A stretch of 64,000 nt of DNA. Source: Squalus acanthias. Taxonomy: Eukaryota. The translations under genes were made by a program, and so were the position numbers. Location of the stretch: positions 6,448,001-6,512,000 of the forward strand of contig CM059452.1 in assembly GCA_030390025.1 (NCBI GenBank), written 5' to 3'. The notes under the pieces are model-generated. The model made no database searches. It was not told where the DNA came from and was given only the letters and a program-made list of their open reading frames with translations. Of this stretch, positions 24,680 through 36,277 are shown piece by piece. Numbering within the stretch: the first letter of the stretch is position 1; each line of letters opens with the position of its first letter.

Positions 24680-26165
24680 TGTGTCTATGACTGTGTTTAT
24701 GTGTCTGTGTGTCTATGTGTGTGTTTATCTGTCTGTGTGTCTATGTATGTGTTTATCTCTCTGTGTGTCTATGTGTGTGTTTATCTGTCTATGTGTCTTT
24801 GTGTGTGTTTATCTGTCTGTGTGTCTATGACTGTGTTTATCGGTCTGTGTGACTCTGTGTGTGTTTATCTGTCTGTGTGTCTATGACTGTGTTTATCTGT
24901 CTGTGTGTCTATGTGTGTGTTTATCTGTCTGTGTGTCTATGACTGTGTTTATCTATCTGTGTGTCTATGACTGTGTTTATCTGTCTGTGTGTCTATGTGT
25001 GTGTTTATCTGTCTGTGTGTCTATGACTGTGTTTATCTGTCTGTGTGTCTATGTGTGTGTTTATCTGTCTGTGTGTCTATGACTGTGTTTATCTATCTGT
25101 GTGTCTATGACTGTGTTTATCTATCTGTGTGTCTATGTGTGTGTTTATCTGTCTGTGTGTCTATGTGTGTGCTTATCTGTCTGTGTGTCTATATGTGTGT
25201 TTATGTGTCTGTGTGTCTATGTATGTGTTTATCTCTCTGTGTGTCTATGTGTGTGTATATCGGTCTGTGTGTCTATGTGTGTGTTTATCTGTCTGTGTGT
25301 CTATGTGTGTGTTTATCTGTCTGTGTGTCTATGTGTGTGTTTATCTGTCTGTGTGTCTATGTGTGTGTTTGTCTGTCTGTGTGTCTATGTGTGTGTTTAT
25401 CTGTCTGTGTGTCTATGTGTGTGTTTATCTGTCTATGTGTCTATGTGTGTGTTTATCTGTCTGTGTGTCTATGTGTGTGTTTATCTGTCTGTGTGACTAT
25501 GTGTGTGTTTGTCTGTCTGTGTGTCTATGTGTGTGTTTATCTGTCTGTGTGTCTATGTGTGTGTTTATCTGTCTGTGTGTCTATGTGTGTGTTTATCTGT
25601 CTGTGTGTCTATGTGTGTGTTTATCTGTCTGTGTGTCTATGACTGTGTTTATCTGTCTGTGTGTCTATGTGTGTGTTTATCTGTCTGTGTGTCTATGTGT
25701 GTGTTTATCTGTCTGTGTGTCTATGTGTGTGTTTATCTGTCTGTGTGTCTATGTGTGTTTTTATCTGTCTGTGTGTCTATGTGTGCGTTTATCTGTCTGT
25801 GTGTCTATGTGTGTGTTTATCTGTCTGTGTGTATATATGTGTGCCTATCTGTCTGCGTGTCTATGTGTGTGTTAATCTGGCTGTGTGTCTATGTGTGTGT
25901 TTATCTGTCTGTGTGTCTATGTCTGTGTGTCGGTAAACTCCACAATACAAAAAACATTGTATGTTTCTGGGTTTATGTTGGCGTACTTATGGCTATATTT
26001 CTGCAAGTGTGTATATGTCTGTGAGTATATATACGTCTGTGTGTATGTATATGTTTCTCTGTGTGTATACGTATGTGTGCGTAAATATGTCTGCGTGTGT
26101 ATTTATGCGTGTGTATCTGTCAGTGTGTGTATATATTAGTGTGTCTATGTATGTGTCAGTGTACG
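24680..26165. repeat. 28-bp TG-rich minisatellite decaying into a (TG/TA) low-complexity tract
   Basis: Unit GTGTGTCTATGTGTGTGTTTATCTGTCT. Confidence 0.93.
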
Positions 26166-26177
26166 TGCGTGTTTCCA

Positions 26178-26587
26178 ACACGGTGGCATAGTGGTTAGCA
26201 CTGGTGCCTCACAGCGCCAGAGACCCGGGTTCGAATCTGACCTCGGGTGACTGTCTGTGTGGAGTTTGCACATTCTCCTCGTGTCTGCGTGGGTTTCCTC
26301 CGGGTGCTCCAGTTTCCTCCCACAGTCCAAAAATGTGCGGGTTAGGTTGATTTGGCTATGATAAATTGACCCTTAGTGTTAGGAGGGGGGGATAGGATGG
26401 GATATGTTAGGGGGAATTAAATACGTGGGGTTACGGGGCTAGGGTGGGATATGTGTACTGTGGGGATTAAAGCAGGGACAGGGTACTGGATTTGAATGAT
26501 CAGCCATGATCGTATTGAATGGTGGAGCAGGCTCGACGGGCCGAATGGCCTACTCCTGCTCCTAGATTCTATGTTTCTATGTTTCTA
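26178..26587 (+). mobile_element. tRNA-derived V-SINE (HE1-like) with CR1-derived tail
   Basis: A box TGGCATAGTGG, B box GGTTCGAATC, V-domain TGTGGAGTTTGCACATTCTC...GGGTTTCCTCCGGGTGCTCC, and a (TTCTATGT) tail. Confidence 0.85.
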
Positions 26588-26815
26588 ATGCACTACGTCA
26601 AGCTTGTACTGTCCGCAGGAGGGCGCTCTCTGATCACTTTACAAAGATCCTGATCCGCATCTACAGGAAGTGACTGTTTCGAGAGGTGCAAATGAGCGGG
26701 GAGAGGAAAGCCCAGCCAATCTGATGAGATCCCTGCGCTCTTCCAGTTTCTCCAATTCCAGGCCCGGTACAGGCAGTGATCACAGTCTCTTGTTTCTGGA
26801 GATCAGGCTGGAACC

Positions 26816-27287
26816 ATGGAGGTGAAACTCTGCCTAACTCTGGTTATTGTCCTGATCACAGGTCGGTGATATTGGAACCTTCCTATAACATTCTCCAATC
26901 CCCATCTCCATCTCCGGGTGATTATTCTCTTTCTGTTACTCTGTATAACCCGCTGTGTGCCCACTGTTTATTTTCAGAGATGTGTGACGGAGACTCGGTT
27001 TCCCAGTCAGAACAAGGTGTCGCATCAGAAGAGGGTTCAGATTCAGCAATAACCTGCAGTTACTCTGTATCGGGTTCAGCTACAAGCTATAACCTGTTTT
27101 GGTATCGCCAGTGTCCCCACAAAACCCCTCAGTATCTGCTCAGAGCCGATAGTTATGGGAATAACGAGACAGCTCCGGGCTTTGAACACTTCAGCGGGAA
27201 TCTCAACCTGACACAAGGCACTTTTCACTTATCCATGAAAGGCTTGAAGGTCACAGACAGCGCCGTGTATTACTGTGCCCTGAGACC
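26816..27287 (+). CDS. TCR alpha/delta-type V, intact (leader 26816-26861; V exon 26978-27287; 23-RSS 27288-27326)
   Basis: MEVKLCLTLVIVLIT/EMCDGDSVSQ...ITCSYS...LFWYRQ...PQYLL...TDSAVYYCALRP; CACAGTG-23-ACAACAACA. Confidence 0.88.
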
Positions 27288-27878
27288 CACAGTGAATAAG
27301 GGTCCCTCGGCCCTCATACAACAACAGGTCGGCATAGGGGAAGGAGGGTGAGATGGGATGGGTTGTCGTGCTGCACCTCAGGAAAATACCAGGGATTGAC
27401 TCCCCGAGGGGTTATACAGAAAATGAATGGGAAAATACAGCCTGATCCGATCGGGTTTCTCCAGTTATGTCAGTGCTGTCAGTGTTGGGATAAGAGAAAT
27501 TTCTCAACCATTTTAAGCCAGTGTGAAATTCAGACATTTCCACCACACTGTTAGCACAGATCTTCAGATCTCTGGGACGAATAACGGGTTAAATCTCTAC
27601 AAGCAGGTGTCCTGGGTGTGGTGAAGATCCGTCAGGCCCCATTTTTAAAAGCTATCTCACCGGTGCAGAGGGCTTTCCACTTGTCATGTCCCTCGTAGTC
27701 TTGGGGCTTCGACAAGTTAATGGAGCTCATTTGCTGTGGTGGGAAATAAGTGATACCGGGGATTGAATTGATTTATATTATTTTTCGCTTTTCACCTTAC
27801 TGAGAGAGAGAAGAAACGAGAGAGAAGGAATGAGAAAGTCACAGAGTTAAACAAAGTAAGTGACACCGAAACAAAGAC

Positions 27879-27909
<31 letters not shown>

Positions 27910-28299
27910 AAGGAGAGAAACATACACCGAGTTAAATAGAGTGAGCGACAGCGAGACACAAATATAGAGAGAGGCAGAGAGCGACAGAGAGAGAGAGAGA
28001 GAGACAGAGGGAGCGACAGATAGTGAGAGAGACAGAGGGACCGAGAGACTCACTCACAGAGCTAGGGAAGGAAGGGGTTTGTCGGGAGACATCAGTAATT
28101 GGTCCACAACTAAGACTGATTGGTGCACAGCTGGTGTCAGTTCTGAGAGATCAGCCAATCCTGTCCTTGGGAAACGCCCCTCAGTCTCCCAATAAGTGAA
28201 GACTGCCCCTGATCTGAGTTTATTCTTTAATTTCAGACTAGACGGGCCAACATATTTCAAACGATCTTTTGTTTTCTGTCTAATTCTAAAGCAGACACC

Positions 28300-28731
28300 A
28301 TGTGCTCCCCGTGCTCCTTACTGATAATAATGGTCGTGCTTTCCGGTGAGTACATGCCTAAATGATCAATGTGTGTTTCACGGATTTTCCTTACTCCCAG
28401 ACTTTTGACACATTCTGTGTTTTGTTACAGGAACGAATGGCAAAGACTTAGTGTCCCAGGATCCGCCTGAATTAACGGTTCAGGAAGGACAGACCATAAT
28501 ATTGAACTGCAGTTATTCGGAAGCTGGTTCAACTCTGTTCTGGTACATCCAGTATCCCGGGGAAGCTCCGAGATATTTACTGAGGATATATAGCTCGGGG
28601 ACGGTAGACCGGTCTCCTGATTTCCCAGGCCTGTTCTCTGCTGTTTTGCACAGAGACAGCAAAACGGTTCCTTTAAATATCACCGCGGTTCTCGTCTCCT
28701 ACAGCGCCGTGTATTTCTGTGCCATGAGCCC
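28300..28731 (+). CDS. TCR alpha/delta-type V, open frame (leader 28300-28345; exon 28431-28731; RSS 28732-28771 with 24-nt spacer)
   Basis: MCSPCSLLIIMVVLS/GTNGKDLVSQ...LNCSYS...LFWYIQYPGEAPRYLL...YSAVYFCAMSP (D>Y in the DSAVY motif); CACACTG-24-ACAAAAACC. Confidence 0.85.
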
Positions 28732-29029
28732 CACACTGCCGCAGAGATATAGCGGATCCCGTACAAAAACCCACACTGAAAGTTCCAGTTACTGCTCACC
28801 AGAGGGCGCTCTCACACCGATAACCAGCAGCGATAATTCAGCCTCCACAGCGAGAGTCACAGGGACCTTCTTAAAAGAGCGACAAGTGACAACACTCAGC
28901 AAGAACAGGTCAGGTCCACTGGGGGATTTTTTAGGTGATTTCAACTCGTATTTATAATAAAAATGAACGTCACAAATCATGTCTGTGGCGCCTTAACTCC
29001 CCTTTTGTCCTTTCTCTATTGTGTACATT

Positions 29030-30512
29030 TCTAGGCACCACACGTTCGGATGATGTCAATGCCCTGGAGAGGGAACAGAGGAGATTTACCAGGATGATAT
29101 CAGGGATGAGGGACTTCAGTTATGTGGAGAGATTGTAGAAGCCGGGATTGTTCTCCTTAGAGTAGAGAAGGTTAAGGGGAGACCTATTGAATTATTCAAA
29201 TTTATGAGGGGTTTTGACAGAGTAAATAGGGAGAAACTATTTCCTCTGGCAAGTGGGTTGATAACCAAAGGGAATAGATTTAAAGTAATTGACAAAAGAA
29301 CTGGAGGGGAAATGAGGAGACATTTCATCACAAAGAGGTTTGTTAAAATCTGAAAGGCAATGCCTGAAAGGGTGGTGGAATCAGATTTCATGGGAACTTT
29401 CAAAAGGCTATTGGACACGTACTTGAAGAGGACTAATTTGCAGGGTTATAGAGAAAAAACTGGGATATGGGACTAAACAGGCACGACGGGCCGAAGCTCC
29501 TTCTGTGCTGTAAGATTCTCTGAATCTATGATAGAAACATAGAAAATAGGAGCATGAATAGATCATTCGGCCCTTCGAGCCTGCTCCGCCATTCAATATG
29601 ATCATGGCTGATCCTCTATCTCAATACCATATTCTCGCTCTCTCCCCATGCCCCTTGATGTCTTTTGTGTCTAGAAATCTATCTATCTCCTTCTTAAATA
29701 TATTCAGTGACTTGGCCTCCACAGCCTTCTGTGGTAGAGAATTCCACAGGTTCACCACCCTCTGAGTGAAGAAATTTCCCCTCATCTCAGTCCTGAATGT
29801 CCTACCCCGTATCCTGAGACTGAGACCCCTCGTTCTAGACCGCCCCCCAGCCAAGGGAAACATCCTCCCTGCATCCAGTCTGTCTAGCCCTGTCAGAATT
29901 TTATACGTTTCAATGAGATCCCCACTCATTCTTCTAAACTCTAGTGAATACAGGCCTAGTCGACCCAATCTCTCCTCATACGACAGTCCTGCCATCCCAG
30001 GAATCAGTCTGGTGAACCTTCGCTGCACTCCCTCTATGGCAAGTATATCCTTTCTTAAGTAAGGTGACCAAAACTGCACACATTACTCCAGGTGTGGTCT
30101 AACCAAGACCCTGTATAACTATAGGAAGACATCCTTGCTCCTGTACTCAAATCCTCTTGCAATGAAGGCCAACATACCATTTGTCTTCCTAACTGCTTGC
30201 TGCACCTGCATGTTTGCTTTCAGTGACTGGTGTACAGGACACCCAGGTCCCTTTGTACATCAGCATTTCCCAATCTATCACCATTTAAATAATATTCTGT
30301 CTTTCTGTTTTTCCTACCAAAGTGGATAACTTCACATTTATCCACGTTATACTACCCCTGCCATGTATTTGCCCACTCACTGAACTTGTCGAAATCGCTT
30401 TGAAGCCTCTTTGCATCCTCCTCACAACTCACAGTCCCACCTAGTTTCGTGTCGTCAACAAATTTAGAAATATTACATTTGGTTCCCTCATCCAAATCAT
30501 TGATATATATTG
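29030..30512. mobile_element. Two CR1 3' fragments tail-to-tail (+ 29030-29530; - 29530-30512)
   Basis: ALEREQRRFTRMISGM (+); QFWSPYLRKDILAIEGVQRRFTRLIPG and IYINDLDEGTKCNISKFVDDTKLGG (-). Confidence 0.85.
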
Positions 30513-31059
30513 TGCCCCTTCCGTGTCTGCCTGCAATATTGTGCAGCCCTTTACACATCTCCCCTGTCAGAGTCCCGGACCCTTTGATCGCGGCCTGTAC
30601 ACAGGGTTTATTTGATCAGAGTATGTTGCTGGGTCAGAGACAGTTTATACACAAGATCAGATTTCACAAGGTAGTGACGGTGCTTTTAAAACAAGCCTCA
30701 AGCACAGAGTTCCCCCAATGTCCATTGTCCTTCAGAATGTCTCTTTAATGCCGGAATATTTTCTGTCACCATCTGCAATCCTGAGTTTCCGGGTTCCATT
30801 AACCAGACAAAGGTTTCGTTCCGAGCCCCAGCCTCTAAAAGCGGAACCATTCCCGTATAAGGACACTGACTGTAGCCCAGCTCGGGGTGTTTCCATTCAC
30901 TGGCAGCCAGCTCACCACCTACCGGTCTCACAGCACCACTGGGGACACAAGGAAGTGAGGTGAGAGCATCCTGAGACACGACAGCAGATTATTGAGGGCG
31001 GGGATTAGAACGGGTGTCTTCAAATATCCAACCCCCCTTTTACAGAGCGGACAGCGACA

Positions 31060-31534
31060 ATGCGGCTACTCAGCATCTGGGCTGTGTGGGGGGCATTTCT
31101 GACAGGTAATTGTGGACCAAACACATTTCATCTTTTCTCTCATTTCAAACATGGTTTGAATCTGAATTTTAAACACCCGCCGGTCTGATCTTTTCCTGTT
31201 TGAACATGTTTTTCAGATCTGAGTCTTGGAGATTCTGTCACTCAGCCGCTGTCCTCAGGAGTTTAGACAGAAGGAGAAGCGGTGACTTTAAGCTGTACCT
31301 ATGACACTAAATGGAGCACCTTTAATTATTTATATTGGTACCGGAACCACCCAGACACACAGCCCGAGTTTATACTGTGGAAGGATCATGATGGTGTTGA
31401 TGGTGTTGAGCATAAAGCAGATTTTGATAAAACCCGTTTCTCTGCAGAAATCCAGACCTCGACTAAATTCACCAGTTTAACCATCTCGGGGCTGCAGCTG
31501 ACCGACACTGCAGTTTATTACTGCGCCCTGAGAC
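31060..31534 (+). pseudogene. TCR alpha/delta-type V pseudogene (leader 31060-31105; exon 31217-31534; RSS 31535-31573)
   Basis: In-frame TAG at 31264-31266, where paralogs have AAG. Otherwise intact, with CACACTG-23-ACAGAAACT. Confidence 0.88.
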
Positions 31535-32324
31535 CACACTGATGGAAACCAGTTAAACCCTGGTACAGAAACTCCCGCCGCTTTGTAGATCAGAGGCTCC
31601 GCCTGCTGAAGCCGGATATAAGGCTCACTTTGTGCTGTTTGCGGTTCCGGCCATCCTGAGAACTGTTCCCAAAGTCTCTCATTTGTCGGTTGGGTTCAGT
31701 CTGTGCAGTTTCCGCGTTGTTTTCCCTGTTACTCACTGGGAACTGTCTCTCCTGAATCACTGCCACCTTCATCTTCAGACTATTGACTGTTGCTCTTTTG
31801 CCTGTTTTCTGGACAGTTTTCTCTGAGTTTGCGCACCAGCTGGGGAATGGGAGTCTCGCGGGGTTACGCTTCAGCCGAGACTTCTTTGTTCTGAAGGAAT
31901 TTTTGACTCCTCAATGGTTTATTACATCGTCACTGAATGTGGTCCCTCCGTTCAGTTCCTTTCCTGCCGACTGGAGCGCCAGGTCTGAGTGCGATTCTGA
32001 CACTGAACGAGAACTGGTTTATATTTGTTTCACTAAGTTTGAAAGTTGAGGTGCCCGTTACATGAAAAGTGTTTGGAAGCACCGTCCCATCGAATACCTT
32101 ATTATCAAATTAGCAACACGATTATTTTTATGAATAATAAACATGATGTTTCCTGTTCTGTACTGTTAGTTGGATAGCGATTGATTTGTCAGTTTTTACA
32201 CGGACACTGTCCTGAGAGAAGTACTGACAGTCCCCGTTTCTCCCCACACTGCCCGCTCCCCACTTATCCCTGTCACTTCCGGCAGTGTTTCTGTACGGGG
32301 CTCCCTCTGGTTCCTGTCACTGTG

Positions 32325-32855
32325 TCTCTCCGCCCGCAGTGATACACCGCGCTGTCAGAAAGCCGTAGACCGCGGATGGTGAAATTCCCCTCACTTTCTG
32401 AAATGTCGTGAAATGCGGAAATTCGAGCCCCCGTGCCATCTGCTTTGAAAACATCTCCCTAAGAAGGACTGTAGATCAGCAATGTGGGCTCTTTGTCCCG
32501 GTCCTGACCGTACAGTTGTAAGGAATGTGAAGGAGCAGTGGTCGAATAGCTGTAATTACTGGTCACCGAGTCTCCTTCAAACTGTATCGCTGCAAGCGGC
32601 CCCTGTGAGACCGAGTCCGCACAACTAACACCTACAGCAATATAGAAATACACAACTTTAAACTTTTCTTATCATTTTATTATAACTGATAGCATCAAGG
32701 TGACGGAATATACAGGAAATAGAGGGAAAATACAGTTAAAAGGAAGATTCTCTATGGCAGTGATACGTGCAAGAGGGAAGATTGTGTAACTTGTAAACTT
32801 TACCAGTTAAGAGAGCCGCAGCTGTGACGAATGAATAAAAAGTAACTCCTAACAT
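32325..32855 (-). pseudogene. TCR alpha/delta-type V pseudogene (leader 32855-32804; exon 32631-32325; RSS 32324-32286)
   Basis: First Cys>Tyr, Trp>Leu and an in-frame TAG near 32459; SDSAVYHCGRR; CACAGTG-23-ACAGAAACA. Confidence 0.85.
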
Positions 32856-33499
32856 GTTTGCAGAGAGTTGATAACAGACTTGAACAGAACGGGTTAAACC
32901 TGAAATATTTTAGTCAAGACTTGGGAAGGTGTTGATTGATATCCGGCGTCTCTGCCGATTGGTTGATCCCTGACAGAGTCAACAGGTGAGATCCAAGCAG
33001 CTCACAGCTCCTTTTTACTCCAATTCTTCCAATCAACTCACAGCTACTTTGTTCTCCAATTCATCCAATCAGCTCATAGCTCCTTTGTTCGTCACTTCAT
33101 GACGTCTGTGGTCAAAATGCTCTTGCTGACTGAACAAGCGACTGGGAAGAAATAGAGTGAGTGCGTAATTAAGGGATTATACCGCATCAGAAATAATGAG
33201 CGGCTTTAATCAGCTATAATCTTGATCTTTGAGAGCCAATAGCTGGCAATCGTGTTTTTATACATGACCAAAAACCTTAAATCTCCTCAATGACCTCATT
33301 CTAAGGCTTAGGTAATACAATGCGCCAGCAGAGGGCGCCAAACTCAAGAATGATAATTAGAAAGTCATGTGATGAAAACGCCAAGGCCAACAGCAATCGA
33401 AGCCTGAATGAGGTCACAATGGGGCCGCCCCCTGCAGTGTGTGGGTGGAACAATGAGCTGAACAGCCCGGGTTACCGCTCTCCTTCTCAATCTCTGCCT

Positions 33500-33883
33500 C
33501 ATTGAAGCATACAAAATTATTACAGGGCTTGATAGGGTGGATGCTGGGAGAATGTTTCCCTTGGCTGGGGAGTCTAGAACCACGGGCCACAGCCTCAGGA
33601 TAAAGGTTAGGCCATTCAGGACTGAGATGAGAAGAAATTTCTTCACACAGAGGGTGGTGAATCTTTGGAATTCTCTACCCCAGAGGGCTGTGGAGGCTCA
33701 GTCATTGGGTATATTCAAAACAGAAGTCGATAGATTTCTGACTAGTAAGGGCATCAAGGGATATGGCGATAGGGCCGGTGAATGGAATTGAGGCAGAAGA
33801 TCAGCCATGATCTCATTGAATGGCGGAGCAGGCTCGAAGGGCCGAATGGCCTACTCCTGCTCCTATTGCTTATGTTCTTATGT
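33500..33883 (+). mobile_element. CR1 LINE 3' fragment inserted just upstream of a V leader
   Basis: DAGRMFPLAGESRT...RRNFFTQRVVNLWNSLPQ and a TTCTTATGTT tail. Confidence 0.88.
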
Positions 33884-33899
33884 TCATTCAATTCCAAGT

Positions 33900-34437
33900 C
33901 ACTGTGAGAGATTCAGTCAGTTTCTAATAATACTGGCGGCTGTGTTGAACAGTAAGTATTGGATTATATTTAAAACACAGGTTAGCTGGTTGATGCAAAG
34001 AGCGTGTGCAGGGATTTAGTGCAATTACCGATCAGAAATATCCACATGATGGACAGCTGTGTAGATGGAGGGTTATCCACTCTCATACAGATAGACACAA
34101 GTTTCGATTTAATCTTCTGCTCTTCTGTTCCCCTATCTTCACAGGCGGGCTGTGTGCAGATCCAGTAACTCAGTCTCCGGTGACAATTGCCGTGTCAACA
34201 GGGGGTTCGGTGCAGTTAGATTGTGAATATAAAAGCCCGGATATTGACTACATGCAATGGTATCGGCAGAAACCGGCACAGCCACCAAGCTGGATAATTA
34301 GCAAAGTAGTAGCACTGAAGGGAGACGAAATCTCAGGACAATATCTGGCAGCTGCTAACACGTCTAGAAAGTACGGTTACCTCAATATAAGCAGCATGAG
34401 TGTGGAGGAGGGGGCGGTCTATTACTGTGCAGTGAGG
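33900..34437 (+). CDS. TCR V, open frame (leader-like exon ending at 33951 without its own ATG; V exon 34145-34437; 23-RSS 34438-34476)
   Basis: RFSQFLIILAAVLN|GTAAGT; GLCADPVTQSP...LDCEYK...MQWYRQKP...AVYYCAVR; CACAGCG-23-ACAAAAACC. Confidence 0.8.
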
Positions 34438-35366
34438 CACAGCGTCAGATAAAAGCAAAGGCCCCGTACAAAAACCTCAGCGAGAATTTACAGCTCCATT
34501 AAGTGTTCTTTTGTGCTGCTTTCTGTGGGGTTAATTTGATGCCAAACCCACGGAGACTAAAGACAGCCAGGTTTCTATTTCAACGAGTTGTATTTGTGTC
34601 TGTGTCTTTGCCCAAATCAGCGGAGAACCGGTCTGGGAAATCTGGAGACTTCACTCCCTGCCCCGAGCTGTATCTCCTCATTAAATAACTCGGATCTTCC
34701 CCGGGGATACTGGTTGTACCAGAAGAGGTAGGGAAATCTATCGGCTGTGGAGTAACTAGAGTTCAGTATTAAGATCTGTCCTTCCTGAACCGTTAATTCA
34801 GGTGGATCCTGGGAAAATGAGGCTTCGCCATTGTAACAAAATACTGAATCTGTCAGAAGTCTGGGAGTAAATATAACCCATGAAATACATACGATATTTT
34901 AAACATAGACTCACCGGGCAGCACGACCATTATTATCAGTAAGACACATGGTGTCTGGTTTAGATGGGAGTCTTCGGCTCTGATATCAGAACAACATTAA
35001 CTATTGGTCACTGGCCCCATCTCACAGACTGACGCTGCTAAAGGGCGAACATTGGCTTTAATCCTCGTCCAGTTCTGAGGAGAACAATTTCACTCCGTTC
35101 TCTGATCCCCGCTCTGACGTCATGAATTGGCAAACAAAGTAGCTGTGAGCTGATTGGTTGAATTGGAAAACAAAGGATCTGCAAACTGATTGGATGAATT
35201 GGAGAACAAAGGACCGAGAGCTGATTGAATGTGATCTGCTGACTCTGTCGGGAACGGACCAATCGGCAGAGACCGGATATTACTCAACATCTTCCCAATT
35301 CTTGACGACAAGACAATTTCAGCCTCAAACCGTTCTGTTCAAATCCACCACCAACTCTCTGCAAAC

Positions 35367-36057
35367 ATGTCGGCTGTTACTTTTTATTTATTCGTCGCAG
35401 CTGCAGCTCTCTTAACTGATAAGTTCACAAGTTACACAGCATTGTGTTTCACATCTGTATCATACATTATATTTAATCGGTCAGTTCCCTGAACACATGA
35501 ATATCAATAGGTTGATCCGAAATGAAGAAAACCATCAGGATCCACCTTGACTCAACACTGAGCACTGTTTCGGGAAACTCGACAAACTCCCTCAGTGAAT
35601 GAAAGCGGATGAGTTGAGGTGAGATTACAGGCGAATGGCAGACAGACAAGCCCGTCGGCGTCAATGACGGACATTGACAGACACACGAGTCTTAAACCCA
35701 CAGATCGTTTGGAGTTTTCCCTTCACATCACAAGAGGTGAAGGTGAGGAATTGATCCCGTTGGAAGGTGCTGAAGGTTCATTAAAGGATGTTTATTCAGT
35801 CGATCCCAGCGCCATCCCGTGAGCAGCCCCTGAGCTGTGGGGATATATATTTATGTTCAACTGCCCTGATTTGCTTCACAGGTAAGTGTTGGGGGTGACG
35901 GGCTGATTCTGGGCGGTAAACACAGTGAAGTGACATTGTTTAATTTAATATCGCTCTGGGCTCTTGCGGGACATGGGCGAGGAGACTCCGGTTCACAGAC
36001 ACCGGCTGCAACCACAGTAAATGAAAGAGACGATGTTCAGTTGTATTGTAATTATAC
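35367..36057 (+). pseudogene. Pseudogene paralog of the 46-kb V, running into the assembly gap
   Basis: Distal leader donor GT>AT, proximal leader ATG>ATA, acceptor AG>GG; GDSGSQTPAATTVNERDDVQLYCNY, then Ns. Confidence 0.78.
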
Positions 36058-36277
36058 NNNNNNNNNNNNNNNNNNNNNNNNNNNNNNNNNNNNNNNNNNN
36101 NNNNNNNNNNNNNNNNNNNNNNNNNNNNNNNNNNNNNNNNNNNNNNNNNNNNNNNNNNNNNNNNNNNNNNNNNNNNNNNNNNNNNNNNNNNNNNNNNNNN
36201 NNNNNNNNNNNNNNNNNNNNNNNNNNNNNNNNNNNNNNNNNNNNNNNNNNNNNNNNNNNNNNNNNNNNNNNNNNNNN
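36058..36277. other. Assembly gap (220 N)
   Basis: Run of N. Confidence 1.

Noticed and set aside
24701-26191. Long Cys/Val-rich ORFs (up to 248 aa)
   Set aside because: Translations of a 28-bp TG-rich minisatellite that is open in several frames; no gene structure.
26178-26250. tRNA-like A/B boxes
   Set aside because: They continue into a V-SINE core and LINE-derived tail, so this is a SINE head rather than a tRNA gene. Likewise at 48160-48230.
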